Of a stretch of 64,000 nt of DNA, positions 50,057 through 63,134 are shown piece by piece. The notes under the pieces are model-generated. The model saw only the letters and a list, made by a program, of their open reading frames with translations, made no database searches and was not told the DNA's origin. Each line of letters starts with the position of its first letter. Position 1 is the first letter of the stretch. The translations under genes and the position numbers were made by a program. Origin of the DNA: Macrostomum lignano (lineage: Eukaryota); the NCBI GenBank assembly GCA_002269645.1, contig NIVC01000703.1:91280-155279 (forward strand), read 5' to 3'.

Positions 50057-52735
50057 TCAGCCCAGCTTCTTGAGCTTCTCCAGCAGAGTCTCGCTCGCGC
50101 CCAGTCGTCTCAGGTGCTCAATCTGGCGGCTAATTGGCCAGCTGAGCACTGGACGCTGCTGTCGTTGAATGAAGCTGATGCCGCCGCCGCCCCGCTCCAG
50201 CACGGCAGCCTCCATCAGGCCGCGCTGCTGCATTACCTCCCGCTCGTTGCCGGCCTCGGCAGCTTGGTGGAGCCGCTTGGCAATGGCGGTGATGCGGCTC
50301 CAGGCCGCCTGGTCGCGCGGGCTGGCCATGAGGCCGGCCAGCTGGTCTAGGCTGCGCTTCGTCAGGTCCGGCGCCAGCCGATCAAGGTCGGGCGCCAGCA
50401 GCATCAGCTGCTCAGCGAATGCGTTCAATGTCAGCGAGGTCATGGGCGGCCGAGCGCGGAGCAGGGGGTACACATCCGGCTGCGAGTGGGAGAAAATATT
50501 GCTACAGACTGAGCACAAATGCGCTCCGTACTTGGAGATGGAAACACTACAAGCCACAGGCCTGGATCCTATAGTACATAATCTCACACAAAAGCAAGTC
50601 TCACAATCCAAAGAACGAGTCTTAACTCTCACATACCAATAATAAAATTTTATCTTTTAACACACAAATCTCACCCCGCAACACACAAATCTTACCCCTC
50701 AACAAACAAACCTCACGCGCCAATAATCAAATCTAATCATCTAACACACAAATCTCACACCGCAACAAACAAATCTCACCCCGCAACACACAAATCTCAA
50801 CCCCGCAACACAAATCTCACCCCACAACACACAAATCTCACCCCGCAACACACAAAGCTCACACCGCAACAAACAAATCTCAACCCGAAACAAACAAATC
50901 TCACCCCGCAACACATAAATCTCGTCCCGCAACAAACAAATCTCACCCCGCAACACACAAATCTCGTCCCGCAACAAACAAATCTCACGCGCCAATAATC
51001 AAATCTCATCATCAAACACACAAATCTCACCCCGCAACAAACAAATCTTAAACTCCCTAGCAGGTCAGACTCACCCTGCCAGCCGTGACCTCATTGATAA
51101 GCTTATCCAATTCCAGCTGTTTGTCAAGCAGGTCCAGGCAGGTCTGCGCGGCGCCCAGGAGGCCCCGGCTGGCGCCAGTCTCGCTAACCTTGAAGCGGCG
51201 CAGGGCGGAGGCGCGCATGGCCGGGTCGGAGTTGTTAGACAGCGCCCGATCCAAGTTCATGGCGGCCACGGCGTCAATGTCGGGCGGCTCGCCAGTGGCG
51301 GCAGGCACGTAGGACAGCAGGCAGTCTTTGTACTCCTCGATCTCGTCGGCCTGTTGCAGGTGGGCCAGCCAGTGCAGCACAGCCTGGCCGCGCAGCTGGT
51401 TGCGGCAGGCCTCCTCTTTGAACACCGTCGGCTTCAGGCTGCGCCGGAGGAACAGCAGCGAGGCGATGACGGCGTCGCCGTCGCAGAATTTGACAGCCTG
51501 CTGGAGCAGAATCCGCTTGCCCTCCATGCTGCGGAACAATGGGTCGCCTAGCCAGTCTGTTAGCACCGTCTGCAAATGCCAAGTGCGAATGAGACTACTA
51601 ACAGTAGGCCGAATACGGAGTTAACTTAGAGCGCCTTCTAGCTATTTGCAAAGACACCTACCTGATGTCGAAGCTTTTGTCGTAAGATAAAATTGACGCG
51701 ATCGATCTGAAAAATGCATTAGAGAAGCTGTGAATCGGGGGGCCAATTGGCGGGCTCTGTGAGAGGTAGGCGGGATGGAACTGGCGGGCTTTGTGAATGG
51801 CAGGAGGGATGGAAGTGGCGGGTAGACGGGATGGAAGTGGCGGGTAGGCGGGATGGAAGCGGCGGGTAGGTGGGATGGAAGCGGCGGGTAGGTGGGATGA
51901 AGCGGCGGGTAGGCGGGATGGAAGCGGCGGGTAGGCGGGATGGAAGCGGCGGGTAGGCGAGATGGAAGTGGCGGGTAGGCGGGATGGAAGTGGCGGGTAG
52001 GCGGGATGGAAGTGGCGGGTAGGCGGGATGGAAGCAGCGGGTAGGCGGGATGGAAGTGGCAATCGGTTTCTACAACTGTTCAAGACCGCAACGCAAAGTA
52101 TTCTCACAGTGGTGTTGAATTTAGCGGGCAATCTCTCTGGCTGTTTGGCATCGATAAGGCAGTGCCTGCAGTAGGGCAGGTACATATGGTAATACCTGTC
52201 GTCTGGCCGCAGCTCTAAACCGCACGGGCCGCTACACTCTGTGGATGGAAAAGATATGAGCAAGAATAATGCTGCTAGCCGATAATAGGATTAATAATTA
52301 AAGCACACGAATTTGGTTTAAAGCTATTTGCAACACAGATTACGGGTAGGGCTTCACTCACTGATCAATTTCATTGCAGGCTGGTCAGCAATGACCGACT
52401 TTGGAGCAGTTGGAATGCTTGGGCCTGAAAAGTTTTTTGACCACTCATTTAAGTAACAATAAAAATAATTATAGAAAAAAGTTCAATGAGCAAACATTTG
52501 TTAATTACCTTTTTTAGCTGCTATCTGGGCAACTTTATCCTGAGTTGGGTCATCCCAGAATGTGACACCCCCATTCTAAAACAAGAAACAAACAGCCAGT
52601 AAACTTACTGCTAAAATGAATGAGTGAATAGAGTCACATAAGACAAACCTTAGAGGAGCCTTCATCAAAGTCAAACGCCTTGATATTGCTACTGTACCAA
52701 TCTATGTTCTCAGCAGATTCCTCGAGAGAATTCAT
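50057..52735 (-). CDS. vipas39: VIPAS39/SPE-39 (VPS33B partner), ~436 aa; exons 52735-52649, 52575-52509, 52424-52362, 52238-52108, 51706-51662, 51569-51075, 50479-50057
   Basis: N-terminal DWYSSNIKAFDFDE resembles VIPAS39 YWNSSKFKAFTFDD. LFRSMEGKRILLQQAVKFCDGDAVIASLLFLRRSL resembles [35 protein letters not shown]. All six introns are GT-AG with consistent phases (0,1,1,0,0,0). Confidence 0.82.
50660..51048. repeat. ~21-bp minisatellite (AACACACAAATCTCACCCCGC) in VIPAS39 intron 6
   Basis: 7-aa periodicity in the overlapping ORFs. Confidence 0.92.
51770..52065. repeat. 22-bp minisatellite (GGGATGGAAGTGGCGGGTAGGC) in VIPAS39 intron 4
   Basis: Direct reading. Confidence 0.92.
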
Positions 52736-53734
52736 TGAGTATGTTCTGAAAATGGGTAAGAAATTTTCGTATGAGAGCTTAAATAGAACAGATAAAAATC
52801 TAGATAAAATTCTAGAATTTTAATTTAATTTTATAAATTTAATGGAAGGATTTTAGTATACACCAGGTTTTATTTATTAAATTAAATAATTTTCTAGGAG
52901 GCTTTTTTGCTTTAATATTAGTTGAAAAATAAAAAACAATAGCCAGGATAATCTTATATGATGTTTTGCTATTACCATTGGTAATATTGGAAACATAGGA
53001 GAAAAGTAAATTGTCAATGTCTTAAATAAGGGGAAGGATAGATAGCACAAAGGTTAAAAATACAAGTATTCTCAAAGATGTACATTTGCACTTAATCTAA
53101 AGAGTTGCATATTAAAGAGATTAGACAGTAAGCTAGTGTATGCAGATAGGTCAATGATCTTAAAAGTTTTAAAGACATCTTTCATAATATAGTTTTCATA
53201 TACTAGGCGTTTATGAAATGTAATTACTAGTCTTAAACATACATTCTTTGCTAATTATAGGCCCTAGAATGTAGCTGAATAGCTTTCTAGGCATATGTTA
53301 TTTGCATAGTACTGTGTAAATAGTACTGTCATTATTAATATGGTAGCTAAAATAAAGACAAGTTTTATACTGTGTAGTACTTATAGCTATGGTCCAGTTA
53401 TATATGTTCACAAATATATCCTTTTGAAGTTGAATGAGTTGTATTCTTGTTTGTTTCTTTTGAAATGCTCTTTGTACTTTGCATTATTAATAGTATGAGT
53501 ATGAGCTAATAAAAATATGTTAAGCCATAAACACAAAAATTATACCTAAACTCTATCTTTTGACTTAGTTTAAACTTTTTTTTGAAAATAAAAAATATAA
53601 GGACAAATATTGAATAGTCATATTATTTCTATATTATTTCAGTTATTTTATAAATAGGCCTAAGTTAAATAACACTGGCAATATTTATACAGTAACATGT
53701 AAATAATGATGGCCAGCTTCCTATTACAAATTCT

Positions 53735-54916
53735 TCCTTCCAGTCAAGCCTTATTGTCATCTTTGTTGACTTCCTCAAGGCCTTCGACTCGGTGGCGCGC
53801 GGCGCGCTGCCTCACGTGCTCCGTGCCTACAACGTACTGCAGCAGCTGATCTCCGCCATCATGGCGCTGTATCAGGACACCACCGCCGCGGTAGCGACGC
53901 CAGACGGACCGTCGGACCTGTTTAGCACGACCTCCGGAGTGCTACAGGGTGACACTCTGGCGCCCTTTCTCTTCGTGCTGGTGATGGACTGGGTGCTCAG
54001 GACCGGCCTGCCGACATCAGAGGACGGCTTTCTGCTGCAAAGGCGCACCAGTAGACGGCACCCGGAGAAGAAACTGTCTGTCCTTGGCTACGCGGACGAC
54101 CTCGCCCTGCTGTCTTCCACGGCCGAAGGCGCCCAATGGCTGCTGGACAGCCTGACTGAGGCGGCGGCGAGGGTCGGTCTCGTCATCAACGCCAGGAAGA
54201 CCGAGGTGCTGACGGTGCCGCATGATCTACCTGCCGAGATTCGACTTCGAGACGGCGACGGCCCCGGGACGGCGCTCCCGAAGTGCCTTCAGTTCGTCTA
54301 CCTCGGCGGACTGGTGCCGGACGTCGGTGACGACCTAGCGAGACGGCGCGGCAAGGCCTGGGCTGCCTTCCGATCTGTGCGGGCGGTGCTGCTCTCCGAG
54401 GCCCTGTCCGACGGCGCCAGGTCCCAGCTGTTCCAGGCGGTTGTTGAGACCGCCCTGCTGTACAATGCTGAGACCTGGATGCTGACCGGGGCGCTTGAGG
54501 CGCAGCTCGACGCGGCGCATGCGGCCCTAGTCCGCGCCGCTTTCGGCGCCCGCCGCGGCCCTGGCAGCGAGACAACCGAGTCCCTGTACAAACGCACAGG
54601 CCTGACGCGGCCTTCTGCCCTGCTGAGTCAGCGGCGCCTGCGGCTTGCCGGACATGTCATCCGGGCCGAAGCCTACTGCCGAGAGCCGCTGCAGGACGTC
54701 CTGCTGTGGACCCCGCAGGGACCGCGCAGGCGTGGTCAGGGACGATCAGCCCGCTACGTCGACCGCCTTTTTGAAGATGCGCGAGCACCCAGCCAGACGG
54801 CCGGTGTGAAGCACATTAGAGACCTGGCTCTGAAACGCGCGATTTGACGCTCCCCCCTCTTGGCCACTCCCGTGGCTGGCGTGGGGCGTAACTATTATTA
54901 TTATTATTATTATTAT
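53735..54916 (+). mobile_element. 5'-truncated RTE-clade non-LTR retrotransposon; partial reverse transcriptase ORF open to 54847
   Basis: IFVDFLKAFDSV, GVLQGDTLAPFLF, YADD, LYNAETW and RLRLAGHVIR motifs; (ATT)n tail; 13-bp TSD TATTACAAATTCT at 53722-53734 and 54917-54929. Confidence 0.93.
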
Positions 54917-56225
54917 TATTACAAATTCTAATTCTAAAAATTTTGCAATAAAATATATTTTCAAATATAATATTAATAAATTCTTTCTATACAAAATGTT
55001 CTGTAGCAAATTTTCAAAAGCTATAATAAAGTTCCCAATTCTGCAATCAAATGATTACAACCTTAGTCTTAGACTCTATTGTCAATCAATATATAAGCAG
55101 TGTTGGGCACTGTTAATGAAAATCATAACCTCTGTTAATGGCAAAAGTGTTAACATTGAAACACAAAAACTTTAACTTATAAACACTTAATTTTTTATGA
55201 GGAAGGGCACTTATAATACGTACAAATGTTTTAAATTTACTCATTTTGCCTATTATAGGCCTATTTTGAAGAAAACCATTTTTCAAATTTGCGCTAAAAT
55301 ACTAACCTTTGTTTAAATGTTGTGATTTGCAAAAATATTCTCACAATTAGTATTTGTTTTAAACTGCAATAAATATTGATATAAATAGAGGCCCTGAGTG
55401 GGCCAAATGAAGCAACTTGTTTTGAGCTTCCAATTGCAAGCAAAGTTTAATAAGTCCTTACTAAATCTTAAAAAGCAGTTGTTCAAATTGACTTTTTCAT
55501 TTTCTAAAGTATTAAGCCCCTTATTGGGAGAATTAGAGAAATGTTAAGGAGCGAGAATTGCCTTCAGGGCAATAACCCTATAGACTATATAACTGCCTCA
55601 GGGCAGGAAAAGCACCTCAGGGCAAGGAAAATGCATAAGGCTATGACCCTCTGATCCAGGGAATGCCCAGGACTGAGAGAAAACTTATAGGAGTAAATAG
55701 AGTACTTGTAGACAGTGCCATTAGACCACTCAGACCAAAGAGTACAGTATATGTACAGATGCTACTAATAAGATAAGTAGACGCTACCAATATAGAAGTA
55801 GATAGAGGAATAGTCATACTACCAATAATTATAAGTACATTTGTGCAAAAATACATTAATTAAATTAAGTATAGGAATTAGCCCTGCAATAGCTTTGGTG
55901 GCATTGTGAGATTATTTATAAAGACAGAAGTAACCCCTACATCAGTTAAGTTAATTATTAATAAGCAATAATCTGTTAAAGTTAACATATAAAAACAGAA
56001 ATCTTGCACTTTTTTCCAAATCAGACTCCATAATGCAGTGTCTTCATCTTTTTAGCCAAATACTTGTAAGAGAAAATAGTGATAATAATACATTCAAAGG
56101 GCTGTTAATACTAACATTTTACTAATACAAACAATCACTTCTATAAATATTCTATATTGTTGGCTATTGTCAACTCTGCTATATGCTAATGCTATGAACA
56201 CTGCATTAAGTATACATACTACTAC

Positions 56226-57836
56226 TATCTGATTGTAAGTGAAAGTTCTCAGATATTAAGTCATTTCACTTCAAACTATCATTATTATTATTAATTTATT
56301 AGTATTCAATATAATCTCTATCAGAAGCAATAATATTGTGCCAATGTGCATGCAGAGAATAGATACCCTAGAGCTGTCAAAATTAGAGATTTTATTTGAG
56401 ATGAGATTCGAGACAAGAAAGGCTTATAAGTCGAGAATTTTGAGACGAGACAAGACAAAGTAAATCTAAAAAATATATTTCAGAATTGCATCTTGTCTTG
56501 CTCTTATCTTGCCTTATCTTGTCTTAAATTTCTTGATAAGATACAATTCTAAAATTTATTTTTTAGATTTTCCAGAATACTTTCTTAATTCTAGTTTAAA
56601 TTCTTTGCTATTTATTTATAAGAATTTATGCTTGTAGCATATAGGCCCTTGGCCCTACTATGTCTATTACTAATTTGTCAAAAGACCTGTGTAGATTGTC
56701 TTCAAGTCTGCTATGATACACCTTGCTGCAGAACTGAAATGATAACTAAAAGAGCGCATATGCAATGCAAACTCGTATATAACGATGTTTGTTAAATAAT
56801 TGCTCGACATTGGCTAGATTTTATTTTACCATTTGAAAATTACCCTATCAAGCGTGTTACAACAAACAGTTGTATTTATATGAAAATTTGCTCCCCTTTT
56901 TATATCTTATCACTTAAAAGCTTTTGAAAAAAGGTATCAGAAAAATTCTTGAATCTTGTTGCGAATTTCTTGACAAAATTTGAGATTTCTCGAGACAAGA
57001 AAAAATGTTGAGATCTTGTTTCAAATCTTGTCTTGTCGAGATCTTGTGACAGCTCTAGGATACTTGGAGCTTTGGGAGTCAAAGAAGTCATGCAGATGCT
57101 CCTCGACCTCTAAGTCCTCATCCTTGAAGCTGTGATCAGCCATAGACTGGCTGAGCATAGCAAAAAGGTGGTAGTTGGTAAGTGCAATATCTGGGCTATA
57201 AGGTGGATGGAAAAGAACCTCCCAACCAAAGGCTAGCAGCAGAGAGAATGGGTAACTTCTATGCGGCTATCCAGGTCATAGGCTACCAGCTTGTGCAGCA
57301 CCCAACACCCAAGTTTAGCTTTCATCTATATCTGGCAGAGATGATTGACAATAGCCATCTAGTGCATATTCAGCTCATCAGCCAACTCACCTGTTGTCTG
57401 CTGATTGTTCTCCACAAGGAGGGCTTCTAGGGTATCATTATTGAGTTCAGGTAGATGCCCATTGCAAGGTCTGTTTCAAGGCCCAGTTCTCCATTCTTGA
57501 AGCACTTGTACTTGTACCTATTGTACCCCAAAGAGGTCTTGATGGTAGACGAGCCGAATGCAATGTTGATGTCAGCAATGAAATTTGCCACTTTCTTGCC
57601 ACAAAGGAAATCATTCAGCAACAGCATCAAGAGCCGAAGCTGATGTTTTGTCAAAGGGTTAGATTGCACCATATTAGTGCTGCGCAGCTGAAGCAAGGTT
57701 CAATCCATACAGTGTAGTTGCAGGGTACAATTGTTCACCCTATTTTTACCCATGAAAAAGTTCTAGAACATTCCAGATAAAAAGTTATACTCAAATGTTA
57801 AAAAAATTCTGAAAACTTTCCCTAAAATCAGATCTA
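56226..57836 (-). mobile_element. Decayed mariner (Hsmar1/cecropia-like) transposon with an internal deletion and a nested MITE
   Basis: The minus strand reads KHQLRLL..INIAFGSSTI..KCFKNGELGLE (HTH), WVLHKL (WVPHEL motif), LGWEVLFHPPYSPDIALTNYHLF (YSPDL motif) and, beyond the insertion, GIYSLHAHWHNIIASDRDYIEY*. Stops and frameshifts are present. ~27-bp imperfect TIRs lie at 56228-56253 and 57808-57833. Confidence 0.85.
56369..57057. mobile_element. hAT-like MITE (689 bp) nested in the mariner
   Basis: TIRs TAGAGCTGTCA / TGACAGCTCTA; subterminal GAGACAAGA/TCTTGTC motifs; degenerate 8-bp flanks AGATACCC / GGATACTT (5/8, all differences transitions). It splits the mariner reading frame. Confidence 0.8.
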
Positions 57837-57874
57837 CTAGTATTGATACGATACTTTGTTGGTAAATGGTAATA

Positions 57875-58298
57875 TACTCAGCAACAGCTAAAACCCCCCA
57901 CCCAACTCACGCTGTCACTGTCACACGGCCCAAAAGTTTTGTATGCCATCGGTGACTCGGAAGCAGCTCAGCATTCGCACATTCAAATTGAACTGACCGT
58001 CAAAGTCTTCAGACATGAATCCCATCGAACATGTCTGGGACTTTGTAAAGCGAAGAGTTCAGCAGGATGCCCCACAGAATGCCGAACAGTTGCGACTGGC
58101 GGTGCTGAATGCCTGGCAGCAGCTGCCCCAAGAGTTCATCAACCTGCTGGTGATCAGGATGCCACGACGAGTCACGGCACTTTTGCATGCTCGTGGTTCC
58201 TACACACGATACTGAGACTAGAATTAAAGACATTGCTTAACTTTTGTGCCCGTGTGACAGCGTGAGTTGGGGGGGGGGGGTTTAGCTGTTGCTGAGTA
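57875..58298 (+). mobile_element. Internally deleted Tc1-like transposon retaining only the transposase C-terminus
   Basis: ~60-bp TIRs TACTCAGCAACAGCTAAA(C)nAACTCACGCTGTCACACGG..CAAAAGTT with TA flanks; SDMNPIEHVWDFVKRR...RGSYTRY* at 58009-58215. Confidence 0.88.
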
Positions 58299-59469
58299 TA
58301 CTGTATATCCAACAATAAACATACCCCTGCCTCTTAAATTCAGCTGATTCTTATAAAGTAAGTCAATGCTGATCATTGGCATTTAATGATTACTTTAGCT
58401 CCGAGAAGTAGACAGTAGACTTGAACTAGGCTAGTATAGTAAGCTTGCAATAAGAATGCGAATATAAATTTCGCAGAAAATGATTATTTTAAAATGATGT
58501 TTTGAAAAAAGCAACCTACTCATTACAACAAATCTTATACTCAGGCTAATGTCTTATAATTAGATTACCGCTTATAATTTCTAAAATTGACAGTATTTCA
58601 CATGTTTATTATAAGTTAAATTTTAATTTGCTTAGAAAATCTAACTATCTGCCGAATGCAATTTGCAGCAAAAACAGTCTGGACTGCAGTAATTCGTAAC
58701 GGTTACTTCTAGTGGTCCTTGTTCGTAAGATTTGCGAGTGTAACGCGGTTCTGGATGTAATTAATTCTGCTTTCTTATATAGTAATTGATGGTCCGCGAC
58801 CAGTCCTAAAAGAACTACATATGTACAATGATAGGGTCAAAGTATGCTGCTGGTAACATTTACTACACATGTACGGATCTAACCATCGAAAATTAAACTA
58901 TCTATTGCATAATAGGTACTGATGCGACAGCGTTCCGGCCAACAGGATTTGTAAGGTTATTTTCCACAATCTCTAATTCCCTTCCCCGCGATTACTCATC
59001 CACATCCCGCCTACACTTCCGCGTTGTTGCGAAAGCACTGAAGCTCGTTGAACGCGCATACAAAAGCTTTTATTCCCGAAAGCTAGCTATTTCCTTCTCG
59101 ATCACGCGAGTTTCCATTTTTTCATCCCTAATGGAACTAAGACAATTGTAAGTCGTCGGCTCCAATGCTACGCTCGTAGATAATGGATTCATGATTTAGA
59201 GGATTGTAAAATTGTAAGTTGAAGTTTACTGGCTTTACTGGCTTTAGAGAAAACGACTCCATCTTTAAAAATGAGCGGCTGATGATAAAATGATGTTAAT
59301 ATACTGCAGATCTAGCTAAATGTTCATGCAGCACTTTCGAAAACTGCCCGCGATGTATTCATACGAATTACCAGGAACTTGGATGTGAAATCTATGTAGT
59401 TGCAAGCATTCGATCGTAATAAAAAACCATACAGAATTATTTCGTACGAAATCCACTGATTATATATAC

Positions 59470-60900
59470 TCTTACTTGGATCCCCGGCCCTGGCAATACG
59501 CTCCTACGGTTAGGTGAGCACCTTATGGCCAACAGCTTTGATCAGTTATTTTAACGCAAATGCCCAAATGCCGTAAAGACGGTCTCTGACTGTTTTTACC
59601 CTGGTTGCCTTCTGGCAGCTTGTCTAAGGGTTGTGCGCAATCCGATTGGCTATGCCAATTTCTAAGGGTCCGCCCCGGAGGGGCTGTGCCTGTTCTAAAA
59701 ATAAACCCTATCTTTCTTAGGTGTACATTCCAATTATTTGGCCCTCGGCCTTGGTTTAGGGGGGTGGTGCCCGGAGTGAGTTGGTTCTCTGGACTGCAGT
59801 GTGGCTAGGACGGGACTGAGCCCCCCGGTCGTACCCGCCCTGCAGGAAAGAAAATGACCAATTCACAAAGGTGTACGGTAGACCCAGTAGCATGCCAGCC
59901 CTGAGGCTGAGCACCCGGGCTGCAGGTCGGCAAGCTGCCTGCTCTAGGGCTATGGTGCTCCTCCCTTCTGCCAATCTTTTTCTGGGCTGGCATCCCAGCG
60001 CTGTTTTATCCCTAGCTTTGTGCCTTTGTGGCTTTTTATTCTTTTAATCTTTTATCTGGCCAATAGAAGCCTTCCAATTCTCGGAGTTATGAGCTCTGCC
60101 CTTGCCCGGTCCATCTTGCCCTGTCCTCGGGTCCATCTCCTGGCTCCTGCTGAAGGTCCCTGCTTGCGTGTCTCTGGCTCTCATCCTGACAGTGGATTGG
60201 TGTCCTGGGAAGGATGTTCGTCCCGTACCGGGGACAACCGGCTGAGTCCGGAGTCCTCTTGCCCTGGGTGCCTCTTCTCCCGACCCCTTGGCCTGGCCCC
60301 CAATAATGAGCTGGATAGGCGATGCCCTTGGGTTGGTAGCAATAGAGGTGTTGCCATGTCCGCCTAGAGTCTCCCCTCGGATACAAGCCTTCCAGACTCA
60401 CTCCAATATAGAGCTGGGTAGTGAAAAGCCTTGAGGCTCGAGACCTACAGGCCAAGCTGTATAGGATCGCTCTTGGTAAATAGCTGCCCAGACTCGCTCC
60501 AATAGTTTAAGCCATTTCCGCAGGTTTAGGAGTAACTCCTCACTCGGACCGCTTTTTTCAAGTAGTATTTCAAGCATTTCGCTCTCCAATTTTTCTGCGC
60601 ACTCCCAAGGACTCGCTGGCTGGGGGGTGGCCTGGGTGGACTCGGTCCTAGCACCGTCCCTGATTCCACTGTTTGGGTTGGCGGTGTCTTGTACCGTAGG
60701 CTTGGGTCAACTCGCCCTTTCCCTAGCTTTAAGCTGGGCCCAATCCCAATGTATTCATGGGGTATCTCGGGCCCTGGACAGCTAATGCCTTGGCCCCTGG
60801 AAGTGCCCCTCGCGGCAGAGCCCACCCCAGGGCTGATCCGCGGTCCCCCTAGGACCCTTTCGTTTAACAAAAACAACAACAACAAATCTACGAGACATCC
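59470..60900. other. GC-rich ~1.4-kb island in AT-rich DNA; unidentified, possibly a decayed retroelement
   Basis: Compositional step; broken overlapping minus-strand ORFs; (AAC)n run at 60866-60886; no recognised domain. Confidence 0.3.
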
Positions 60901-62104
60901 AGGGCTTTCACGTGGTAAATCTATGAACAATCCATGGTATTCCCGTGAAATTAAGAGCTCAAATTAATCTTGTAACAGTAGTCAACAGTTAGTACCGTGT
61001 GCAAAAAAAAGTAAATATGCCTAAACCAATTACAATATAAAACATACATTTTGAAAGAAGCAGCATATTTTTAAAATTAAGGATGCGTCATAATTGAAAA
61101 AAGTTGTTTATGTTTAAGTTAACGCTTTATTTAAATATGCTTAATCAATTCATTTTTTAGGCGCATGCATGCATCCAGGTATTTGCGCTATCGATCATGC
61201 GCATTGCGCAGCTAGTGAGCTACATTAGCCTTCGCAGCTATAAGCTAAATGAGTCATGGTAGTAGGATTAACATTGACCGACTGAGATACAAATAAATAG
61301 TTGCAACCTAATAATAAGGTGTATTTACCGAACTTTGTTGTAGATCTTTTTTAAAAACATTTATCAATTATCACTTATCAGGACTACTGAGTCTGTGTCT
61401 GAGTGTAGTTATGTTATTGTTCATGTTAGTTTTGTTTTTGGTCTGCTAATAATACTAAAATAGGATAGGGCTAAGCGCCTATGCCATTAAAAAAATATGT
61501 TTTAATTTTTTAAATATTTTCTAAGCCTAGGCTACTAGGCCCATGCTGCCCATATCTTATTATTTTTGTAATTTTTGTCTAACCTTTGAATTTGTCTTTG
61601 ACATACTTTTCAGGGGTTAAAATTTGCATTGTTGGATAAGTTCCTTGAAAAAAACTTATCTTTATCATGTTACTGTAAGTTGTAACTTAACTTTTTAGTT
61701 CTTACCTAAGTTAGGGACCTAGGCCCTACCACTTTAAAAAATAATATTTAGCTTGTGTTATTGTTAACATTTCTATTACTGCTAACTTTTTACTCACAAA
61801 TTCTAATGTTCTTAATGTGATAGGACTATTTCTTATTCTTATTCTATATTTTTTTTAAAGCTACCATCAAAGTTGTTACAATGCTCCTTGTTTTCTTTAT
61901 TCATTATTAAAATCCTAATAATGACACTAAATTAAAATTGTAACTGTGATTTAAGTCTAGGCCCTACCTTTTGCAATGATCCTACTATTATTTTTAGGCA
62001 GTTGTTATTATTACGGTAACCATATAAATAGTGAAATGGTTATTTTTACAGTTAACATTTAAAACAAATCTAAAAATCCTAAATCTATATACTAATTTTG
62101 CACT

Positions 62105-62240
62105 GTATTTGTGCGTGCATGCGTGTAATTGATTTTTTCAAGAATGGCTCAACCAATTCTCTTCAAACTTGCATTATTCAATCAGAAAATTTCCTGGGAC
62201 AGTTCGTGCATCTTGGCTAAGAAATTGCTCAATATTAAAG
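62105..62240. mobile_element. Possible DINE/Helentron-like non-autonomous repeat core
   Basis: A GTGC-type microsatellite remnant is followed by AAGAATGGCTCAACCAATTCTCTTCAAACTT, resembling from memory the invertebrate motif AACGGCTCAACCGATT..AAA with CpG decay. Confidence 0.3.
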
Positions 62241-62689
62241 GGATTAAATATTGAAAACATGATTTTTTGCAAAGTTCAAGCAGTTCTTTTGACCTGAAAT
62301 GCATTGTAAGAATGCTAGAAAAAACCTGACTGACTGAATTTCAATTCTAATAAGATTGCATCACAACAAGTTGAAAACAGTGCCGAAGAAATGCACACAC
62401 AACTTGATTTAAATTGTGTAACCATATTGCTAACTTAAATTGAGACTGATACTAGCTGACTAAGAAATTGATTATGTCATAACTTTTTGCTCTAACTGAC
62501 TTGCTGAAAGATTGAATTATAAGGGCCACAATTCATGTTCTCCAATCGACAAGAGATAGCCTAGATGCGAACAGACTAGACTGCTAATTCAGCAACCTGG
62601 GTTTGAATCTTAGTAGTGCAAAATAATTTTTTATTAAAACATCTTAAAAACAAAATGCTAAACATAAAAGAAGCACAATGTCAAACAAA

Positions 62690-63010
62690 AGTGGCACCAT
62701 TTCAAACATTAAAGGCCACCATGTCAAACATATATGTGACTCCATGTCTAACATTAAAGATTCACCATGTCAAACATTAAAGGGCCACCATGTCAAACAT
62801 TAAAGGGCCACTATGTCAAACATTAAAGAGCCATCATTATAGACATTAATGCCACCAGGTCAAACATTAAAGAGCCACCATGTCAAATACAAAACAGCTA
62901 CCATGTCAAACATAAAACTGGCACGATGTCTAACATTAAAGAGCCACCATATCAAACATTAAAGAGCCACCATATCAAACAATAAAGAGCCACCATGTCA
63001 AACATAATAG
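62690..63010. repeat. Degenerate ~25-bp repeat (CCACCATGTCAAACATTAAAGAG..)
   Basis: Direct reading. Confidence 0.85.
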
Positions 63011-63134
63011 AGACAATTACAAACGTAAAAAGAAGTGTCATGCCAATCATAAAGTAGCCACTATAAAGCTAAGGAAATTATTGCACTAGATACTTATTGT
63101 CTGGTGGATGCTTGCTATTTAAGATAGATACTTG

